NCBI GenBank assembly: GCA_963665095.1
Contig: OY762069.1
Location: 2,304,001-2,368,000 of the forward strand
DNA from: an uncultured Desulfobacter sp.
GTDB lineage: Bacteria; Desulfobacterota; Desulfobacteria; Desulfobacterales; Desulfobacteraceae
Length of the DNA stretch: 64,000 nucleotides
Direction: 5' to 3'
Below are positions 8,554 to 18,664 of the stretch, in pieces. Numbering within the stretch: position 1 is the stretch's first letter; every line of letters begins with the position of its first letter. The position numbers and the translations under genes were made by a program. A model generated the notes under the pieces. It did not search any database. It was given only the letters and a program-made list of their open reading frames with translations, and had not been told where the DNA came from.

Positions 8554-10221
8554 CTATAACATAATTTTTTTCAGCAGGGATGCGGCATTTGAAATCCGAT
8601 CCTCCGATATCAATTTTTTCATGGAGGGTTCATCGGCAAAAGCGGTGAGCAGGGCCGCGGCAAATGTTTTTTTACTTTTTATTAATTGGACCATGGGAAG
8701 GGCCGGTTGTGAACCACTGCAGATATGGGTATCAAAAAAAATCCGGTAAAAGTCACGCTGGGGCTTGCAGTGGAGGGCATAGGCGGAAAGGTATCCTTTA
8801 ATGACGGTTACAGCCCCTTGCCCAGCCTGGTCTTTTTCGGCCTCCCGGCAAAGTCCCGTATAGCAGGCAGTTATGAGAGCCGGGCGGATATCGGCCATGA
8901 TTTTCCTTGTCCGGTCCTGGGTCGCCCAACATAAAGGATCGCAAAAATTCATAACGGCATCCAGTCTTTCCAGGTCAACTTTGAGGATCAGTGAGACATA
9001 GGCCTGTTGCAGCGATTGTTTTTCTTCTTTGAGTTCTTTTTCCGGTAGATCTAAGGCTTCCCCTGACCGGGCAAGCGTTCTAAGTGCCCGGTCAATGTAG
9101 TCCATAACATAGTCTTCCATTGTAAGCTGTTCAGCAGCCGCCTTGAATAAAAGCCTGAAAATATCAAAATAGATGGGGGCATAGGCTTTGGCATCCTGGA
9201 AAGATCTGGCATAAAGCGTTATGTTTGGATAGGTGAATAGTATATTCAAGCGATAGCGTAACTGTGTCAGACCAAGATTTTTAAGAATATCCATACGGTC
9301 GCCTTTTCCCGGCTTTGCGTTCAGGAAAAGCCAAATCAGATTCTGTCTGAGCAGCTCGTGGGTTTCGCCGATTACAAAATGATAGGATATACCCAGGATG
9401 CCCATAAGCCGGTGAGCTGCTTCCAGATAGGCATCTATTCTTTTCAAAACTGTGAGAATGGCGATATCTAATTTTTCCATGGATTTCAGGTATTTTTTTT
9501 TGTTTTCCTCCTTTGCAACCAGCTGGGCCCGTGTGACCATTATCCTGGTGAATAATTCATTGGATTTCTTAATCTCACTGCGGGATTTACTTAAAACACA
9601 GGCCATGGCCTCTTTTGTCATGGGTGGCATCCTGTGCCTGGTTAGCCGGCATATAAGATCTGTATCATTAATTTCGTCAAGGGATTCCCGCCAGGGTTTG
9701 TCCTGGTTAAAACTTTGGGAAAGGCTGGTCAGAATGTTCTTTACAAGGTCCGTGTAATCCCGCCCTGCCCTGCTTTTTGATATTAATTCCAACAGGTCCA
9801 AAGATAAAAGTGATGTATCAACTGTTCCCTTATAGGTTTTAAGACTGTTAAAATAGGTAACAATGATATTTGTGGTCAATAGTTTAATGACCGTTTTATT
9901 GTCTGCCGCCTGTATATCTTCCAGGGAGACGCTGACCCCGCAGTCAAAGGAAACGGCCTCGGCCTCCGTACTTAACTCCTGGAGAAAAAGGTAAAGGGCT
10001 GCAAGGTAGTCATCTGCTAATATAAAGTCTGTCAGAGTTATTTCATCTATAAAAAAATTGGTAATCCGGGAAACCTGAACCAGAATCCGCCCTTTTTCAT
10101 CGGTCTTATATTTCGTCAGGGGATTAAGCCCTTTAGTTCCCTGCTTAAAAAGGCCGGACACATTGCTTTTATAAAGCCGGGCCTTAAATTTTTTTATTTT
10201 ATTTAGATTTAATATTTTCAT
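8554..10221 (-). CDS. Hypothetical protein, 555 aa
   Basis: Long AT-rich ORF overlapping the 3' end of the FapA gene; no motif recognised. Confidence 0.75.
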   Translation of the reverse strand: MKILNLNKIKKFKARLYKSNVSGLFKQGTKGLNPLTKYKTDEKGRILVQVSRITNFFIDEITLTDFILADDYLAALYLFLQELSTEAEAVSFDCGVSVSLEDIQAADNKTVIKLLTTNIIVTYFNSLKTYKGTVDTSLLSLDLLELISKSRAGRDYTDLVKNILTSLSQSFNQDKPWRESLDEINDTDLICRLTRHRMPPMTKEAMACVLSKSRSEIKKSNELFTRIMVTRAQLVAKEENKKKYLKSMEKLDIAILTVLKRIDAYLEAAHRLMGILGISYHFVIGETHELLRQNLIWLFLNAKPGKGDRMDILKNLGLTQLRYRLNILFTYPNITLYARSFQDAKAYAPIYFDIFRLLFKAAAEQLTMEDYVMDYIDRALRTLARSGEALDLPEKELKEEKQSLQQAYVSLILKVDLERLDAVMNFCDPLCWATQDRTRKIMADIRPALITACYTGLCREAEKDQAGQGAVTVIKGYLSAYALHCKPQRDFYRIFFDTHICSGSQPALPMVQLIKSKKTFAAALLTAFADEPSMKKLISEDRISNAASLLKKIML

Positions 10222-12325
10222 ATATCTGAATTTCAGCTTTCCCCCTGTCCCTTTTCACAACCTCTTTAAAGATAATATTTGTCATATTTTCGGTGAGGAG
10301 CCTTTCTGCCTGCGAACCTCTGATCACGGTTCCCGGAGTCACCCGTCCAGTGACCGATACCACTGGATCTCCAGGATTGGTCTCCTCCCACTCGTTGAAA
10401 TTTGCCTGTTCATAAAAGAGATCTTCCAGAATATTTTCCAGCTCTTCGCGTTCAACCGCCAGATCAAACATCTGGTTTTCCTTGCGCTCAATGCGGCTGA
10501 ACAGGGTATTAAGGTCCTTGTCCAGACGGGCGACCAGCGCCTTGGTATTCCGTATCTGAGAATTCAGAGCCGCCAATGGGGCATTGCCTGCAGCCTGCCC
10601 CTCCTGGGGCTCAATTTTAAGTGTCTCGGCTTCTTCAATCAATGCCATCTCCTCTTCCCTGGCCTTGTCGCCTTCCCAGGGAAGATGTTCGGTGGCCAGG
10701 TACAGGTCTTTTATTTCCTGGGCCAGGGTCTTTGTTCTTGTCCGGATATTTTTTAGACGGTCTTTGCAGTCAAGGATGCGGCTTTCTATGGCGTCAATTT
10801 CTTTTTTTATAAAGGCATCCACCCCTGCTGTTACTGTATTCGGCATGGATTTATCCGTACCCAGGTGGCCCGCGTAGAGGCCTTTATTGCATATGATCTG
10901 GGAGGAGAGGACTTCTCCTGTGGGGATGAAGACAGCGCCGCTGGTTTCAATAGTACAGTTCACGATTTCCTTGTTCACGGCAAGGTTGCCCATACAGAAT
11001 ATTTTGGAATTCTGGATAAATTTAGCTGAAACATTTCCCCTGGCATATATCTGTGCGTCATTTACGCCGTTTACCACGAAGACATCCCCTTCTGCATAAA
11101 TTTTCCCGCCATCCACTGTATCAATACGGACGCTCTGCCCTTTGATTTGGAATCCGGCTTTAAGGGCGCCTTTGATATCAATATTACCCGGATATTCAAG
11201 GTGGCCGGTTTCATAATTAATATCTGCTTTTACCGTAAATGTACTCGTAACTTCTATATTTCCCGACATACCGAGTATCGGATGGCCACTGATTTCCGCA
11301 TAAAGTTTTAAGCGGTCTTTTGAAGGGATGACGCCGGATTTAAATTTCAGAGGAAGGTCCACAGACAGGGGGACGGGCTGTATCTGGTTGAAAACATTTG
11401 TACCGTTCCTGGATTCTGTCATGGGAAATTTTTCAGCCAAAAGCGTCCCCTTGGCCACCCAGGGGACTTCTCCTCTGTCCTTGAAATCCACATTTCCTTC
11501 TTCATCCACCTCACCCGCCTTGAGATAGTCCGTATCAAAATAATACTCTATCCTGGCATCATTTCCCGGCTTCGGTGTTACGCCCGATGCAATTTTGAAG
11601 GGTTTCTCCTTGAAACCGCTGGACCTGATAAATCCGTGCAGTTTCTCCTCGTCAGTAATTCCATAGACGATGCCCTGGTCCATAAGCTGTTTTTTTATTT
11701 CCAGAGGTGTGATGAAATTATCAAAATTTTCTGTTTTTTTTACAAAGGCAGTCATGCCTTCCCGGTCCACTTCCAATAGCATTCCTCCGATCAGTTCTGT
11801 TTTCATGGAAAAGTCTATGGTATTGTCAGGGACTTCGGGTTCATGGGAGGACAGGGGCTGGGAAATTACGATTTCTGTATCCGTCCTGGGAGGTGACGCT
11901 CCAGAGGGGCCCTGGGGGATGGATTTCTGTTGCTGTTTTGATGCCCTGAGAATATTTTTAAACTCATTCTGGGAAAGAACTTTATTGTCAATCCAGACCT
12001 CCCCGATGAACCTGGGCGGCATCTGTTTTTTAATAAACTCCTTCTGGCGAGCCATTTCCCCATTAAATAAATCAGCCCCGACATGCCCAAGTTTAACGGC
12101 AATGCGACCGAACAAATCGTTTTTCTTCATTATCTTTAAAGCATGATAGGTGATGACCAGGACTTTTACCTGATTGAGGGAAAGAATGTCTTTAGAAAGA
12201 AAGTACTCCTTTAACGCGATTTCCAGATTATCTGCATTCCGGCAGGCAGCCAGTGCTTCTTCGCATTGGCTCCTGGTGATGAGTTTTTTCTGTAATGCGA
12301 TTTTTTCCAGCATATTCTGCCTCAT
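10199..12325 (-). CDS. FapA/DUF342 family protein with N-terminal extension
   Basis: GNVDFKDRG, KGTLLAEK, DINYETGHLEYPGNIDIKG, beta-helix-like repeats and coiled coil. Confidence 0.85.
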   Translation of the reverse strand: MRQNMLEKIALQKKLITRSQCEEALAACRNADNLEIALKEYFLSKDILSLNQVKVLVITYHALKIMKKNDLFGRIAVKLGHVGADLFNGEMARQKEFIKKQMPPRFIGEVWIDNKVLSQNEFKNILRASKQQQKSIPQGPSGASPPRTDTEIVISQPLSSHEPEVPDNTIDFSMKTELIGGMLLEVDREGMTAFVKKTENFDNFITPLEIKKQLMDQGIVYGITDEEKLHGFIRSSGFKEKPFKIASGVTPKPGNDARIEYYFDTDYLKAGEVDEEGNVDFKDRGEVPWVAKGTLLAEKFPMTESRNGTNVFNQIQPVPLSVDLPLKFKSGVIPSKDRLKLYAEISGHPILGMSGNIEVTSTFTVKADINYETGHLEYPGNIDIKGALKAGFQIKGQSVRIDTVDGGKIYAEGDVFVVNGVNDAQIYARGNVSAKFIQNSKIFCMGNLAVNKEIVNCTIETSGAVFIPTGEVLSSQIICNKGLYAGHLGTDKSMPNTVTAGVDAFIKKEIDAIESRILDCKDRLKNIRTRTKTLAQEIKDLYLATEHLPWEGDKAREEEMALIEEAETLKIEPQEGQAAGNAPLAALNSQIRNTKALVARLDKDLNTLFSRIERKENQMFDLAVEREELENILEDLFYEQANFNEWEETNPGDPVVSVTGRVTPGTVIRGSQAERLLTENMTNIIFKEVVKRDRGKAEIQIYENIKSK

Positions 12326-12389
12326 TCTTTACCCTTGTTGTGGGGCCATGTTGTTTTTTGCAATTTCAATCGGACGCAGTTCTAATTAC

Positions 12390-12406
12390 AGCAAACGGTA
12401 TGCCAA
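12390..12406 (-). promoter_or_regulatory. Sigma54 (-24/-12) promoter upstream of the FapA gene
   Basis: Minus strand TTGGCATACCGTTTGCT with exact GG-N10-GC spacing, about 65 bp upstream of the start codon. Confidence 0.75.
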
Positions 12407-12704
12407 CGCGATAGATATTTAATTATGCATATAAAACAATATGTTAGGCCCCATGACACATTCCCGGTCGATGGGTTTCAATTTGATTTCTTGAAAACAA
12501 GAACGATTGGTATTCTACTTTTCAAGAATGTAGCCCGGCCACAGGTCTGCATTGGAACGCCGAGAGTAACTTTTTTCGGAGATCAACCTTATTTCACTCA
12601 CGTCCTGAAGGGGAGATGATCGCTAACGGTCTTTTAGGGGTCTTGTGGGAATTACGGCAGGTTGTTTGCTTGTGTCCAAACTCGATTTTTCATTCAGGCG
12701 CGAT

Positions 12705-13682
12705 TCAGATTCGTCTAAACTGGTAAACGTCCCGGTTCAAATGACGACAGACTTTTCCTTCTTCTTCAAGACAGAAAATGTGAGCCAGGGCTTCGCCTGT
12801 GGCAAACCACTTTTGAACAAGAGGGAAATCATCCCAGCCGGATGCAGGTATATCCCAACTCATTTTTGAGGCGATGTCAAATCCGGTTTGTGCACCCCTC
12901 TCAAGAATATCAAGGATCTCCTCCAGCCGTTCCATATGGTGCTGTTGCAGTTCATCGCAGCGTTGTTTCAGGTTTGAAAAAATGCTGCGATGCCCTGGCA
13001 GGACCATATTCACGTCCAATTCCCGGACTCTGTCAAGGCTGCGGAAATACAGTTTCAGCGGATTGTAACCGTCAATCCATGACAGAATATTGGGTGTAAT
13101 CTCATTTAAAATGTGATCACCGGAAATCAATATCTTTTTGTCAGGTTCATAAAGACATATATGACCAGGCGTATGGCCGGGGGTTTCAATGCAGATAAAT
13201 CGGTAATCCCCATAGTTCAATATATCCCCTTCGGAAAGTATCTTTGATTCGGTTGCCCATTTGACTTCGAATTTACTTCCCGGATGGCCATCCATCATCG
13301 ACAAAAGGTCTGATTCCGGAAAACCGTATTTTGGTGCATTGGCAAAAAGCTGCCCAATCCCCTGCCAGTTTCCAAGGAGTTCTGTCTCCGGCCGGTTAAA
13401 ATAAATACACGTGGAGGGTGTTCTCAGTTCAGGGACCAGACTGATATGATCTGCATGGAAGTGTGTAATAAATATATCCGTTCTGGACAGATCAATCTTT
13501 AGTGTTTCCAGTCCGTTGCGCATGGCATCAAGACATACCCGGCTGTTGAATCCTGTGTCAATGATCAGATTCCTGTCCGGGGAGCGCACAATATAGGAAT
13601 TCAGGTACTTTAGCGGTGTGTCCGGGAGAGGGATTTCGATCCGGAATAGATCTGTGCATATTTCTTCCACATGGCTGGACAT
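12705..13682 (-). CDS. MBL-fold metallo-hydrolase
   Basis: THFHADH, TPGHTPGH, SGDH, PGH. Confidence 0.9.
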   Translation of the reverse strand: MSSHVEEICTDLFRIEIPLPDTPLKYLNSYIVRSPDRNLIIDTGFNSRVCLDAMRNGLETLKIDLSRTDIFITHFHADHISLVPELRTPSTCIYFNRPETELLGNWQGIGQLFANAPKYGFPESDLLSMMDGHPGSKFEVKWATESKILSEGDILNYGDYRFICIETPGHTPGHICLYEPDKKILISGDHILNEITPNILSWIDGYNPLKLYFRSLDRVRELDVNMVLPGHRSIFSNLKQRCDELQQHHMERLEEILDILERGAQTGFDIASKMSWDIPASGWDDFPLVQKWFATGEALAHIFCLEEEGKVCRHLNRDVYQFRRI

Positions 13683-13803
13683 AAACAGGTTCCTTAAAAT
13701 TTCATGCTGTAATAAATGTTATTATTGCATCCGATGTCATATATATCATTGTATACAATAGCCAATCTCTATCGATGGTTAGGGCCTGAACGAAAAACCC
13801 AGG

Positions 13804-14850
13804 CTATTCATACACAGTATGGCGCCGGGGATCAAATGCTTCCCGGATGCCTTCGCCGGTGAATGTCACAGTCATCAGCGTCACCACCAGGGCAGATACC
13901 ACAGAAGCGGATATCCACCAGGCGTCCATGTTCTGCCACCCCTGGGATAACAGCTCTCCCCATGAGGGCGTCGGTGCCGGCAGCCCAAACCCCAGGTAAT
14001 CCAGAGAGGTCAGCGCCACAATTCCGCCGGACACGGCAAAGGGGGCATAGGTGACAATCACGGAGAGGGTGTTGGGGATGATGTGCCTGAAAATAATACG
14101 CAGATGCGACGCCCCCAGGGAACGGACAGCCAGGATATACTCCCGCTCCTTCTCCTTGTATGTCATTGTGCGCATCACCCAGGTAATGCTGATCCAGCCG
14201 AAAAAGGCCATGATCAGGATCAGGATCATAAAGCTTGGCACCACAATGGAGGAGATGATGATGATGACGTAAAGAAACGGGATATTGCTCCAGATCTCAA
14301 TGACCCGCTGGAAAAACAGGTCGAATTTTCCTCCGAAATATCCCATGGCGCACCCCAGCGATATCCCCACGGTGTAGTTAAGCAGCAACAGCCCCAAGGA
14401 GAACAGAATGGCCGTGCGGAATCCGTAAACAAGGCGTGCCAGCACATCCCGCCCCACATTGTCTGTGCCCAGTAAATGCCTGGGGGACAAGGAGGGTGGA
14501 AAGGGCGGGTACGCGTTCATGCGAAGATCGTTTTCATAAGGGTTGTAGGGCACCGGCGGCATGATCACAAACCCGGTGGCACCGCTGTCAGCCATCTTTT
14601 GTTTCAGCTCCCGGTAATTGGTCTCATAGGCATAATCCAGACCAAAGGTTTTCCCCGGAATCATATCCCCGTAAGTGGGAAAATAAAACTCCCCTTTGTA
14701 ACAGACCAGAATGGCCCTGGAGTTGATGAACACTTCGGCGAAAAAGGAGATAAATATCAGCACCAGAAGAATCACCAGGGACCAGAACCCTCTGGAGACG
14801 CTCCTGAAGCGCCTGAACTTTTCCCTGGTTACCGGATTTAGAAATGCCAT
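13804..14850 (-). CDS. yejE: Peptide ABC transporter permease, YejE-like
   Basis: LGTDNVGRDVLARL, LDYLGFGLP, PSWGELL; start moved to MAFLNP. Confidence 0.8.
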   Translation of the reverse strand: MAFLNPVTREKFRRFRSVSRGFWSLVILLVLIFISFFAEVFINSRAILVCYKGEFYFPTYGDMIPGKTFGLDYAYETNYRELKQKMADSGATGFVIMPPVPYNPYENDLRMNAYPPFPPSLSPRHLLGTDNVGRDVLARLVYGFRTAILFSLGLLLLNYTVGISLGCAMGYFGGKFDLFFQRVIEIWSNIPFLYVIIIISSIVVPSFMILILIMAFFGWISITWVMRTMTYKEKEREYILAVRSLGASHLRIIFRHIIPNTLSVIVTYAPFAVSGGIVALTSLDYLGFGLPAPTPSWGELLSQGWQNMDAWWISASVVSALVVTLMTVTFTGEGIREAFDPRRHTVYE

Positions 14851-14860
14851 ACCTTTTGCC

Positions 14861-15889
14861 CTATTTAAATCGAACCCTGGGATCCACAATGGCCACGCAA
14901 AGGTCTGATAAGATGTTACCCACCATGAACAGCAGGGATGAAATCACAAGGATACCCATCACAACGGGATAATCCCGGTCAAGGATCGATTCATATCCTA
15001 AAAGGCCCATGCCGTCGATGTTAAACACCTTTTCAATAAGGAACGAGCCCATCAGAAGAATCGATATATTATTGCCGAAACTGGTGGCAATGGGGATGAG
15101 GCTGTTGCGAAGCGCATGCCGGAATATGGCCTGCTTGAAGCTTAAGCCCTTGGCAATGGCTGTGCGCACGTAATCAGCCGACAGGTTATCCATAAGCGTG
15201 TTTTTCATTAACAGGGTCATCACGGTAAACGACCCCATCACATAGGAGAGCAGCGGCAATACCGTATGCCAGGCCACATCCCTGACTTTTTCCATCAGGG
15301 ACATTTCAGAAAAATAATCGGACATCAGTCCGCCCAAAGGAAACAGATCCATTTGGGAGCTGAACAGCACCAGCATGATCACCCCGGCCACCCATCCGGG
15401 AATGGCGTATCCGGTAAAAATCACAGCAGAGGATATATTGTCAAACCCGCTATTGTGCCGCACAGCCTTGGCCATGCCCAAAGGGATGCAGACCCCGTAA
15501 ATGAGCACCATGCTCAACACCCCGAAATACAGGGAGATGGGAATGCGCTCTTTGATCATATCCCACACCGGATCCTGGTAGCGGGTGGAACGGCCCAGAT
15601 CCCCCTTGAGCACTTTAAGAAGCCAGATGCCATAGCTTTGAAGGACAGGTTTGTCAAATCCGTAATAGGCTTCAAGCTTTTTTATCTGGTCTTGGGACAG
15701 CGGCTGGCCCTGCCCGGCTGTCACCCTTGACCGCCCGCCCTGATCCCCCATCTGCATGGCCCGGGCTTCGGCAATGATGCGCTCAATGGGCCCCCCCGGC
15801 ACAAACCGGGTGATGGTGAACACCATGATGGTGATCCCGATAAAGGTGGGAATAATCAAAAGCAGGCGTCTGATAAAATAGGCGGTCAT
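14861..15889 (-). CDS. yejB: Peptide ABC transporter permease, YejB-like
   Basis: YFIRRLLLIIPT, PGGPIE, YGFDKP, TAIAKGLS, DPRVRF. Confidence 0.82.
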   Translation of the reverse strand: MTAYFIRRLLLIIPTFIGITIMVFTITRFVPGGPIERIIAEARAMQMGDQGGRSRVTAGQGQPLSQDQIKKLEAYYGFDKPVLQSYGIWLLKVLKGDLGRSTRYQDPVWDMIKERIPISLYFGVLSMVLIYGVCIPLGMAKAVRHNSGFDNISSAVIFTGYAIPGWVAGVIMLVLFSSQMDLFPLGGLMSDYFSEMSLMEKVRDVAWHTVLPLLSYVMGSFTVMTLLMKNTLMDNLSADYVRTAIAKGLSFKQAIFRHALRNSLIPIATSFGNNISILLMGSFLIEKVFNIDGMGLLGYESILDRDYPVVMGILVISSLLFMVGNILSDLCVAIVDPRVRFK

Positions 15890-15933
15890 GGAATGGAAAC
15901 TGTCCCCGTTGAATCATTGTCCGCAACAGGTTG

Positions 15934-15981
15934 AAAAAAATCAGCGGCAGCCAAAAGGGAAATCCCCCTTTTGGCTGCCGC
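15934..15981 (-). terminator. Rho-independent terminator after alaS
   Basis: Perfect 16-bp stem GCGGCAGCCAAAAGGG/CCCTTTTGGCTGCCGC followed by a T-tract on the minus strand. Confidence 0.8.
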
Positions 15982-16011
15982 CGGATGAATCATTTGATTT
16001 TATACAAAACC

Positions 16012-18633
16012 TTAAGAAATGGTCTCATAAACAGATGCCAGGGCCTTGTCCAGAAATTCCGGTTTGGTGCCGCCGGCCTGGGCCATGTCCGGCCGGCCGC
16101 CACCGCCGCCGCCCACAATACCGGCTGCGGTTTTAACAATGCTACCGGCCTTATAGGTCTTGGTCAGATCGTCAGTGACCATGGCAATGAGCAGGGCCTT
16201 GCCGTTGGATTCTGCGCCAAGCAGCAGTACGCCAGAGCCCAGTTTGGCCTTGAATTTATCGGCCAGATCCCGCAGCTGGGAGGGATTTTCAATCTGCACC
16301 CGCTTGGCCAGCACCTTGACCCCGTTGATCTCTTTGATGTTGTCATCAATGTCATCAAGGGATTTGGAGGCAATCTTGGCTTTCAATGATGCCAGCTCTT
16401 TTTCCACCGCTTTTTTCTCGGATAGCAGGGCCTCAACCTTTTCCACCAGATCATCCTTGGCGCCTTTGACAAGGCCTGCCACCTTTTCAATGGCAGCCTG
16501 GTCCGCGTGCACGGTTTCAAGGGCTGCCATCCCGGTAACGGCCTCAATACGCCGCACACCGGAAGCAATGCCGCCCTCTGACAGAATGCGGAACAGGCCT
16601 ATATCACCGGTGGCACTGGTGTGGGTGCCCCCGCACAGCTCCTGGGAAAATTCCCCCTGGGAGACCACCCGGACCACATCCCCGTACTTTTCTTCAAAAA
16701 GTGCTGTGGCTCCGGACCGGACAGCCTCGTCCATGCCCATCTCCTTGACATGCACGGCATGGTTCTCACATATCCGGCGGTTCACCTCCGCCTCAATGGC
16801 GTAAAGCTCTTCAGGGGTCACCGCACTGAAATGGGTGAAGTCAAAGCGCAGGCGCTCCGGTGTCACCAGTGAGCCTGACTGTTTAACATGGTCGCCGAGC
16901 ACCTTGCGCAATGCCGCATGTAGAATATGGGTGGCGGAATGGTTCACGGCCGTTGCCCGCCGCAGGGCAGCGTCCACTTTCAAGGTAAAGGTGTCTCCCT
17001 TTTTACAGGAACCTTTGATCACCTTTCCTTTGTGGATAAAAAGACCGGAAGGATCTTTGACCGTATCGTCAATCTCAATGGTGCAGGCCGCATTTTCAAA
17101 CACGCCCTTATCCCCGGTCTGGCCACCGGACTCTGCATAGAACACCGTGGCAGATGTTACCAGTTCTATCACATCGCCTTCAGCAGCGGTTTGGATTTCT
17201 GCCTCATCCTTCACCACGATGAGCAGGTCACTCTCCATTTCAATGGCATCATATCCCCTGAAGGCTGTTTTCACACCGGCAGAGGTCAAGGGTTTATACG
17301 CCTCTCCCACACCGGCAAATTTCTTTTTGGACTTGGAACGGGCCTTCTGTTCGGCCATGGCGGCATCAAACCCTGCGATATCCAGGCTGATCTGTGTCTC
17401 CTTGACATGGTCCTGGATAATGTCCACCGGGAATCCATAGGTGTCATACAGCTTGAAAATCACATCGCCCGGAATCACGTTCTCGTTTTTCTTTTCCAGA
17501 TCCTCAATGGTGGCCTCCAGCAGTTTCATGCCGGTTTCGAGGGTCTCCAGGAACTTTTCCTCTTCGTTTTTCACCACATTGAGGATAAAGGCGGCAGACT
17601 CCTTAAGTTCCGGATAGGCCTCGTCCATGATGGAAAATACCGTTTTAACGGTTTCATGCAGAAAGGGTTTGGTCAGCCCGATGCTACGGCCGTAACGGAT
17701 GGCACGTCTCATGATCCGGCGAAGCACGTATCCTCTGCCCTCGTTGGATGGCAGCACCCCGTCACAGATCAGAAAGGCGGAAGACCGGGAGTGATCGGCA
17801 ATCACCTTCATGGCCACTTCCACTTCTCTGGACTCGCCCCGTTTTTTGCCGGCCAGCTCCCCTACCCGCTCCATAATTGGGATAAACAGGTCGGTGTCAA
17901 AATTTGTAGGCACATTCTGGAGTACGGAGATAATGCGCTCAAGGCCAAGACCGGTGTCAATACTGGGCTTGGGCAAGGGTGTCATGGTGCCGTCCGCACT
18001 TCTTTCAAACTGCATGAATACCAGGTTCCACAACTCCAGCCACCGGTCACAGTCGCAACCCACGGCACAGTTGGGATCATCGCACCCGAACTCTTTGCCC
18101 CGGTCAATGTGGATTTCAGAACAGGGACCGCAGGGGCCGGTGTCACCCATGGCCCAGAAGTTGTCTTCCTCGCCCAGCCGCGAAATGCGTTCCTCGGGCA
18201 CGCCCACCTGGTCCCGCCAGATGGCATAGGCCTCGTCATCATCCTTATATACGGAGACATACAGTTTATCAGGATCAAATCCAAACCCGTTGGTCAGCAG
18301 ATCCCAGGCAAAGTCAATGGCCTTTTCCTTGAAATAATCACCAAAGGAAAAATTGCCCAGCATCTCAAAAAAGGTGTGGTGGCGCGCAGTATACCCGACG
18401 TTTTCAAGGTCATTGTGCTTGCCGCCTGCCCGCACGCATTTCTGGGCAGTTACCGCTGTAGAATAGTCGCGTTTTTCATCCCCTGTGAATACGCGTTTGA
18501 ACTGCACCATACCGGCATTGACGAACAGCAGGGTCGGGTCATCCTGGGGCACCAGTGATGACGAGCGCACCTGGTGGTGATTGTGTTTCTTAAAATATTC
18601 AAGGAAAATTTTCCTGGCTTCATTACCTGTCAT
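16012..18633 (-). CDS. alaS: Alanine--tRNA ligase
   Basis: DPTLLFVNAGM, RHHTFFEMLGNFSFGDYFK, HSATH, ELCGGTH, GGGGGRPDMAQAGG. Confidence 0.99.
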   Translation of the reverse strand: MTGNEARKIFLEYFKKHNHHQVRSSSLVPQDDPTLLFVNAGMVQFKRVFTGDEKRDYSTAVTAQKCVRAGGKHNDLENVGYTARHHTFFEMLGNFSFGDYFKEKAIDFAWDLLTNGFGFDPDKLYVSVYKDDDEAYAIWRDQVGVPEERISRLGEEDNFWAMGDTGPCGPCSEIHIDRGKEFGCDDPNCAVGCDCDRWLELWNLVFMQFERSADGTMTPLPKPSIDTGLGLERIISVLQNVPTNFDTDLFIPIMERVGELAGKKRGESREVEVAMKVIADHSRSSAFLICDGVLPSNEGRGYVLRRIMRRAIRYGRSIGLTKPFLHETVKTVFSIMDEAYPELKESAAFILNVVKNEEEKFLETLETGMKLLEATIEDLEKKNENVIPGDVIFKLYDTYGFPVDIIQDHVKETQISLDIAGFDAAMAEQKARSKSKKKFAGVGEAYKPLTSAGVKTAFRGYDAIEMESDLLIVVKDEAEIQTAAEGDVIELVTSATVFYAESGGQTGDKGVFENAACTIEIDDTVKDPSGLFIHKGKVIKGSCKKGDTFTLKVDAALRRATAVNHSATHILHAALRKVLGDHVKQSGSLVTPERLRFDFTHFSAVTPEELYAIEAEVNRRICENHAVHVKEMGMDEAVRSGATALFEEKYGDVVRVVSQGEFSQELCGGTHTSATGDIGLFRILSEGGIASGVRRIEAVTGMAALETVHADQAAIEKVAGLVKGAKDDLVEKVEALLSEKKAVEKELASLKAKIASKSLDDIDDNIKEINGVKVLAKRVQIENPSQLRDLADKFKAKLGSGVLLLGAESNGKALLIAMVTDDLTKTYKAGSIVKTAAGIVGGGGGGRPDMAQAGGTKPEFLDKALASVYETIS

Positions 18634-18664
18634 AGCTTATCGGCTCCTGCTCCGCTGCCGGCAC

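Noticed and set aside
16927..18558. 543-aa plus-strand ORF, and similar long antisense ORFs over the helicase, glyQS, copA and kinase genes
   Set aside because: Shadow ORFs opposite well-supported genes, with no recognisable motifs
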